Part shown: piece after piece, positions 26,318-30,695 of the stretch | How positions within the stretch are numbered: position 1 is the first letter of the stretch | Layout: every line of letters starts with the position of its first letter | Assembly: GCA_042217585.1 (NCBI GenBank) | Contig: JBDGSJ010000038.1 | Span: forward strand, 1-30,695 | DNA from: Candidatus Nanohaloarchaea archaeon | GTDB lineage: Archaea; Nanohalarchaeota; Nanosalinia; Nanosalinales; Nanosalinaceae | Length of the DNA stretch: 30,695 bases | Direction of reading: 5' to 3' | Notes under the pieces: generated by a model | Database searches by the model: none | Told to the model about the DNA's origin: nothing | The model's input: only the letters and a program-made list of their open reading frames with translations | Translations under genes and position numbers: made by a program

Positions 26318-26971
26318 TCACTGCTGTTCCTCGAGCTCCTGGAGCTTCTCGTAGACCCTTTTCTCCTTGTCGCTCAGAACTATGTCCGAGTTCTTCTGCG
26401 TCCTCTGCCCGGTGTCGACTATAGACTCGTCCACGTCCAGCCCTATCTTCTCGAACGTTTCAAAGGCTTCTCCGGACAGCAGGGATTCGTAGCTTATTAT
26501 TATGGCGTCGTCGACGTTCTCGTAAGCCGCTATCATCGCGTTATTGTTCTCGGCCCACGGGACCGGGAACTGGGAGATCCCTCTGCGCAGCATGCTGGAC
26601 TTTACGTCCCTCGGGTTCCTGTAGATCAGGACCAGCTTCATCTCCTCGGCGAGATGCCTGTAGAAGAAGAACGCGGGCGCACGGACTATCTTCAGGCCAG
26701 CCCAGTCGTCTCTCTCGTTCAGCCGGTCGATGACCTTGTTCATCTCCTCCGTGTTCTCCTGAGTCATCGCTTCATCCATCAGCTTCTTGGAGACCTTTTT
26801 TCCGCGTTCCAGCTCGAAGTATCCCTCTCTGTTGTACTGGTCTCCCTCGAAGTCGCTGGGGAAGTCCACCCCGGCGCTCTGGACCAGCTGGCAGGCCAGC
26901 GAGGTCCCGCTCCTCGGATGTCCGACTACGAAAACCGTCTGGTCGACAACTTTCGGCTTGACGTCTGTCAT
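26318..26971 (-). CDS. PAPS-dependent sulfotransferase
   Basis: 5'-PSB loop GHPRSGTSL, N..GYFE, 3'-PB motif IYRNPRDVKSS, SYESL. Confidence 0.9.
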   Translation of the reverse strand: MTDVKPKVVDQTVFVVGHPRSGTSLACQLVQSAGVDFPSDFEGDQYNREGYFELERGKKVSKKLMDEAMTQENTEEMNKVIDRLNERDDWAGLKIVRAPAFFFYRHLAEEMKLVLIYRNPRDVKSSMLRRGISQFPVPWAENNNAMIAAYENVDDAIIISYESLLSGEAFETFEKIGLDVDESIVDTGQRTQKNSDIVLSDKEKRVYEKLQELEEQQ

Positions 26972-27069
26972 GGATATGAAAGGTCGGATGAAGCTATTTA
27001 ACCTTTCGAAGGACCGGAAACACCCAGAAAACAGTTATCTACTTAAGAATCACAACACGCTGCTTCTGC

Positions 27070-27783
27070 ATGACTGTCCTCCTGACCTCGGACCTCCACT
27101 TCGAGGAGGAAGACGAACAGTTCCGTGAAAGGACTCTGGAGGAACTACTGGAACTGGGAGACGCCGGGTACGCCTGGGTCCCGGGAGACGTCGGGGAGCA
27201 GGAGGACTGGGACCGGCTGGAGGATGCCTTTTCCGGGCTCGAGCTGAGGTACAGCCCGGGAAACATGGATTCGCTTGACGGTGAGGGCTACTACGCCGAC
27301 CGGGAGACCACGACCGTGGGGCCGGAGGAGGACCCCAAGCTCGGCGGCTCCGGGGTGAAGACCGGCGACGTGACGGATTTCGTGAAAAACGTCGAGCTTT
27401 TCGAGGAAGAGGTCTCAGGGAACGGCTACAAAGTCCTTTTCAGCCACAACCCCAGGCACGTCGGGATCGACCCGTGGGAGCAGGAGTTCATCCCGGACGG
27501 GGAAAACGACAGGGGAAGAAGGACCGCGGACCACGGATTCTACGACATAATCGTGACCGCGCACTACCACACCGGCGACGCATACGTCAACGAGAACGGC
27601 GCGCTGGTGGTCCAGAGCCCCTCCGCGCAGGAAAACTACCGGGAGGACGCGCCGGAGAGGACCGCCCAGCTTCTGGAGATGGAAGGAGAAGATGTCACGG
27701 TCCGTGAAAGGGACCTTGAGGACGGCGAGATCTTCTACGAGAAGTCGTTCAGGTACGACGGCGACGGATTCAGAGAACTCTGA
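27070..27783 (+). CDS. Calcineurin-like metallophosphoesterase
   Basis: SDLH, PGD, PGNMD, SH, AHYH metal-binding motifs. Confidence 0.85.
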   Translation: MTVLLTSDLHFEEEDEQFRERTLEELLELGDAGYAWVPGDVGEQEDWDRLEDAFSGLELRYSPGNMDSLDGEGYYADRETTTVGPEEDPKLGGSGVKTGDVTDFVKNVELFEEEVSGNGYKVLFSHNPRHVGIDPWEQEFIPDGENDRGRRTADHGFYDIIVTAHYHTGDAYVNENGALVVQSPSAQENYREDAPERTAQLLEMEGEDVTVRERDLEDGEIFYEKSFRYDGDGFREL

Positions 27784-27821
27784 GTCGGGGATTCAAATAT
27801 GTCGCAGCCGGATTCTGGAAC

Positions 27822-28691
27822 ATGAAGCACGCGGACCTGCACACACATTCCACCCACTCCGACGGGACCGACACCGTGGAGAAAGTGGTCGAGACCGCCC
27901 GTGAACGTGGAATCGACTGCGTCGCGGTGACGGACCACGACACGCTGCACAGGGAGAACGATGAAAGAGTGAAGGAAGCCGGAGACGTGGAACTGATCAA
28001 CGCCGCCGAGATAAAGTGCGAGATCGAGGGGGAGAAGATAGAGATACTCAGCTACTTCCTCGAAACGTCCGACCCCGAGCTCCAGGACCTGGTCGAGAAG
28101 ATAGACCGGCTGAGAAGAGACAGGATGGAGGAGATGGTCCGGAAACTGAACGACGAGATCGAGTCGGAGGTCCTGATAGGCGACGTGGAGGAGAAGGCAG
28201 AAGGACCGCTGGCCCGCCCCCACCTAGCCCGCGTCCTCGTGGATAAAGGGGAGGCCGGGTCGGTCAGCGAGGCATTCGAGAAGTACATCGCGGAGGACAG
28301 GCCCGCCTACGTCCCGACGAAGAAGCTGAAGGCAGGGGAGGTAATCGAGACCGTACATGAAAACGGCGGCGCGACCTCCCTGGCCCATCCCGGCAGGAGC
28401 CTGACGCGGGAAAACGCGGACAGGCTGGTCGGAAAGCTGGCGGAGACGGGGCTGGACGGCATCGAGGTCCGGTACAGCTACGGCGCTCTGGACCGGGACC
28501 ACGAGATCGAGATAAACTTCCGCGAGGAGAAGGCAGGCGAACTCGCGGATGGGCACGACCTCATCAGGACCGGTGGCTCTGATTCACACGGCACGGAGAG
28601 CGAGAAGGACTACGTAGGGAACGTGGAGCTGCCGTACAGCCAGGTCGAGAAGATGAAGGAGAGGGCCCGCTCACGCGGGTCGGAACTCTGA
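27822..28691 (+). CDS. PHP-domain phosphoesterase (TrpH/YciV-like), candidate PAP 3'-phosphatase
   Basis: DLHTHSTHSDG, AVTDHDT, RPHLARVL, LAHP, GLDGIEV, TGGSDSHG. Confidence 0.92.
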   Translation: MKHADLHTHSTHSDGTDTVEKVVETARERGIDCVAVTDHDTLHRENDERVKEAGDVELINAAEIKCEIEGEKIEILSYFLETSDPELQDLVEKIDRLRRDRMEEMVRKLNDEIESEVLIGDVEEKAEGPLARPHLARVLVDKGEAGSVSEAFEKYIAEDRPAYVPTKKLKAGEVIETVHENGGATSLAHPGRSLTRENADRLVGKLAETGLDGIEVRYSYGALDRDHEIEINFREEKAGELADGHDLIRTGGSDSHGTESEKDYVGNVELPYSQVEKMKERARSRGSEL

Positions 28692-28692
28692 T

Positions 28693-29301
28693 TCAGAGGT
28701 AGCCGAGGTCTCTCAGCCGTTCTTTGGTCTCTTCCTCTTCCTCGGTCGTCATGCCGGTGTGCCGGTCCCTTTCCTCCAGCAGACCGTTCTCCTCCAGGTA
28801 GTCGACGATCTTCTGCGCCGATTCCTCGGGAGATTCCTCCGCGGTGTTGACGTGGACCTCCGGGTCCTCGGGCTCCTCGTACGGATGGTTCACTCCGGTG
28901 AAGTTCTCTATCTTCCCTTCCTCTGCCTTCTCGTAAAGCCCCTTCGGGTCCCTTTCCTTGCAGACCTCGACAGGGCACTCGACGTATATCTCGACGAACT
29001 CTCCCTCGTTCTCGATCTCCTCCCGGGCATTTTCCCGTGCCTCCCTGAAAGGTGAGATCGCGGCGACTATCGTCGGGACCTCATGGCGGTTCAGCAGCCC
29101 TGCGATGACAGATATCCTGCGGTTGTTCACGGCGCGTTCCTCCTCTGTGAAGCCGAGGTCTGGGTGCAGCTTCTTCCTCAGGTTGTCACCGTCCAGGTTG
29201 TGGACGTCCCTGCCGCGGGACCTGAGCTCCTCTTCCACCAGTTTGGCGACCGTGGACTTCCCTGATGAGGGGAGGCCGGTGAACCAGAGCGTGAACCCCA
29301 T
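28693..29301 (-). CDS. cysC: Adenylyl-sulfate (APS) kinase with C-terminal LRDLGY extension
   Basis: WFTGLPSSGKST, LDGDNLR, LGFTEEER, ISPF, RDPKGLY, FTGV..PYE.P; start MGFT at 29301. Confidence 0.96.
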   Translation of the reverse strand: MGFTLWFTGLPSSGKSTVAKLVEEELRSRGRDVHNLDGDNLRKKLHPDLGFTEEERAVNNRRISVIAGLLNRHEVPTIVAAISPFREARENAREEIENEGEFVEIYVECPVEVCKERDPKGLYEKAEEGKIENFTGVNHPYEEPEDPEVHVNTAEESPEESAQKIVDYLEENGLLEERDRHTGMTTEEEEETKERLRDLGYL

Positions 29302-29303
29302 CT

Positions 29304-30446
29304 CTACTTCACCAGCGGCTGGTCGAAGCTCTGTACGGTTTTGGCGACTTCCGGTCTCATCATCTCCTCGGGCGGAGTTTCTCCGTCGCTGAGCATGTTC
29401 CGTATCTTCGTGCCTGACGGCGTGACGTGGTGCTCGTCGCCGTGCGGGCAGGTCTTCTCGGAGACCGTGTCGTGGCATTTCTCGCAGTAGAACGCGTAGT
29501 CGTAGAACATCGGCTCGATACCGACCTCTCCGACCTCGTCGAATATCTTCTGCGCGTCGTACTCACCGTAGTAATCTCCTACTCCGGCGTGGTCCCTTCC
29601 CACGATGAAATGGGTGCAGCCGTGGTTCTTCCTGACTATCGCGTCGAATACCGCCTCCCTCGGGCCCATGTACCGCATCTTCGCCGTGAAGATGCTCATC
29701 GCGGAGTGGTCAGGGTAGTACTCCTGCAGAAGGCTCTGGTACGCCTCCAGGATGACCTCGTCCCTGTAGTCGCCGGACTTCTTGGCGCCTATCTTGGGAT
29801 GGACCAGGACCGCGTCGACGTGCTCCATCGCCGACTTCTGGAGGTACTCGTGGCCGCGGTGCGGGGCGTTCCGGGTCTGGAAGCCGACGACGGTCTCCCA
29901 GCCCTTCTCCTTGAACAGGACCCGGGTGTCCTTCGGCTTCAGGTTGTACTCCTGGAACTCCTTGAAACCGTCCTGCAGCATCCTGATGTCGCCTCCGACC
30001 AGGTACTCGTCCTTCTCCATGTACATCTGGACGCCGGGATGGTCGGTGTCAGCGGTGGTGTAGAGCTTCTCAGCGACCTCCTCCCTGTCGTAGGTGTATA
30101 TCTCGTCGACATCCATCACGGCCAGCTTCTCGCCCTCATGCTCCAGCACTATCCTGTCCTCCGACTCGATCCTGTCCTTCTGACTCTCGTCTATGTCGAG
30201 GACCACAGGAACGGTCCACACCGCCCCGTCCTCAAGCGTCATGTCCTCGACGACCTTCAGGAAGTTGTTCTGGTCCATGAAACCTGTGAGCGGCGAGTAA
30301 CGTCCGTCCGCTATGTTCTGCAGGTCCTTGACAGTGTCCTTTCCGATTTCGATGCTTTCCATATCTTCGGCCTCTTCCATGAGGCGCTCCTTTTGTTCGC
30401 CGTCGACCTTCCGGTCCACGAGCTTTCCTCCATGCGGTGGAATCAT
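29304..30446 (-). CDS. sat: Sulfate adenylyltransferase (ATP sulfurylase, Sat type)
   Basis: PPHGGKL, SPLTGFM, FQTRNAPHRGH, GPREA, FIVGRDHAGVG, CxxC...CPH, SGTKIR, MRPEV. Confidence 0.97.
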   Translation of the reverse strand: MIPPHGGKLVDRKVDGEQKERLMEEAEDMESIEIGKDTVKDLQNIADGRYSPLTGFMDQNNFLKVVEDMTLEDGAVWTVPVVLDIDESQKDRIESEDRIVLEHEGEKLAVMDVDEIYTYDREEVAEKLYTTADTDHPGVQMYMEKDEYLVGGDIRMLQDGFKEFQEYNLKPKDTRVLFKEKGWETVVGFQTRNAPHRGHEYLQKSAMEHVDAVLVHPKIGAKKSGDYRDEVILEAYQSLLQEYYPDHSAMSIFTAKMRYMGPREAVFDAIVRKNHGCTHFIVGRDHAGVGDYYGEYDAQKIFDEVGEVGIEPMFYDYAFYCEKCHDTVSEKTCPHGDEHHVTPSGTKIRNMLSDGETPPEEMMRPEVAKTVQSFDQPLVK

Positions 30447-30646
30447 TGTACGTAACCTCTTGCGTCTAGTATCTCCCAGAGTTTTTCGTGGTACATGAAC
30501 AGGAAGAACTTCTCGATCATCAGGACCGCGGCGAGACTTCCCGCGACCTTCATGCTGCCCGTCAGCAGGTAAGAGACGATCAGGGTCGATGCCGAGGCGT
30601 GCAGCCTCCAGCTCAGGCTCTTACCCGCTTTCTCTCTCAGACCCAT
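30443..30646 (-). CDS. DUF2061-like small membrane protein
   Basis: KSLSWR...SYLLTG...K..L...HEKLW pattern; ATGA overlap with sat. Confidence 0.82.
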   Translation of the reverse strand: MGLREKAGKSLSWRLHASASTLIVSYLLTGSMKVAGSLAAVLMIEKFFLFMYHEKLWEILDARGYVQ

Positions 30647-30650
30647 GGGA

Positions 30651-30695
30651 TCACTCCATGTAGCCGAGTTCTCTCAGCTTGTTCGCGATTTCCTT
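30651..30695 (-). CDS. 3' end of a gene running off the window (KEIANKLRELGYME*)
   Basis: 15 in-frame codons ending in TGA 4 nt before the DUF2061-like start; carries the LRxLGY tail. Confidence 0.7.
   Translation of the reverse strand, partial: KEIANKLRELGYME

Noticed and set aside
29427..30455. 342-aa plus-strand ORF, and similar ones at 24677-25549, 26081-27001, 19855-20667 and 19170-19805
   Set aside because: Antisense shadows of well-supported minus-strand genes, expected with biased high-GC codon usage; no motifs
1..30695. CRISPR arrays, IS elements, inteins, rRNA
   Set aside because: No spaced direct repeats, transposase, intein or rRNA signatures seen by eye

Overview
Gene-dense archaeal DNA, most consistent with a Nanohaloarchaeota-like (DPANN) halophile. 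This assignment is inferred from very acidic cytosolic proteins, ATGA/GTGA gene overlaps, TATA-like boxes about 25-30 nt before start codons, and archaeal marker genes (NAC, SAMP, secF-secD, AglB). The left third holds housekeeping genes: tRNA-Ser(GCT), PRC-barrel, HTH regulator, SAMP, MazG, RibH, Ogg, a small CPxCG zinc finger missed by the ORF track, a lamin-tail-domain surface protein, AI-2E and TctA permeases, NAC and SecDF. The middle is an N-glycosylation operon (aglB, AglH/Alg7-like GT4, GT-C/GT39, GT2, flippase-like protein) followed by NDP-sugar epimerases and an RHH-nucleotidyltransferase fusion. The right third is a PAPS-dependent sulfation module: DUF2061-like, sat, cysC, sulfotransferase, AlkP/NPP enzymes (a third lies beside the agl operon), PHP and calcineurin-like phosphoesterases, and a degenerate CysD-like protein. 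The most notable points are an apparent glycan-sulfation system joined to the agl locus, a shared C-terminal LR(D/E)LGY tail on three proteins of the module, a pseudo-CysD, an RHH-pseudo-nucleotidyltransferase beside palindromic sites, and basic, sequon-rich extracellular domains in an otherwise acidic proteome. All family calls come from motif recognition by eye; no searches were run.
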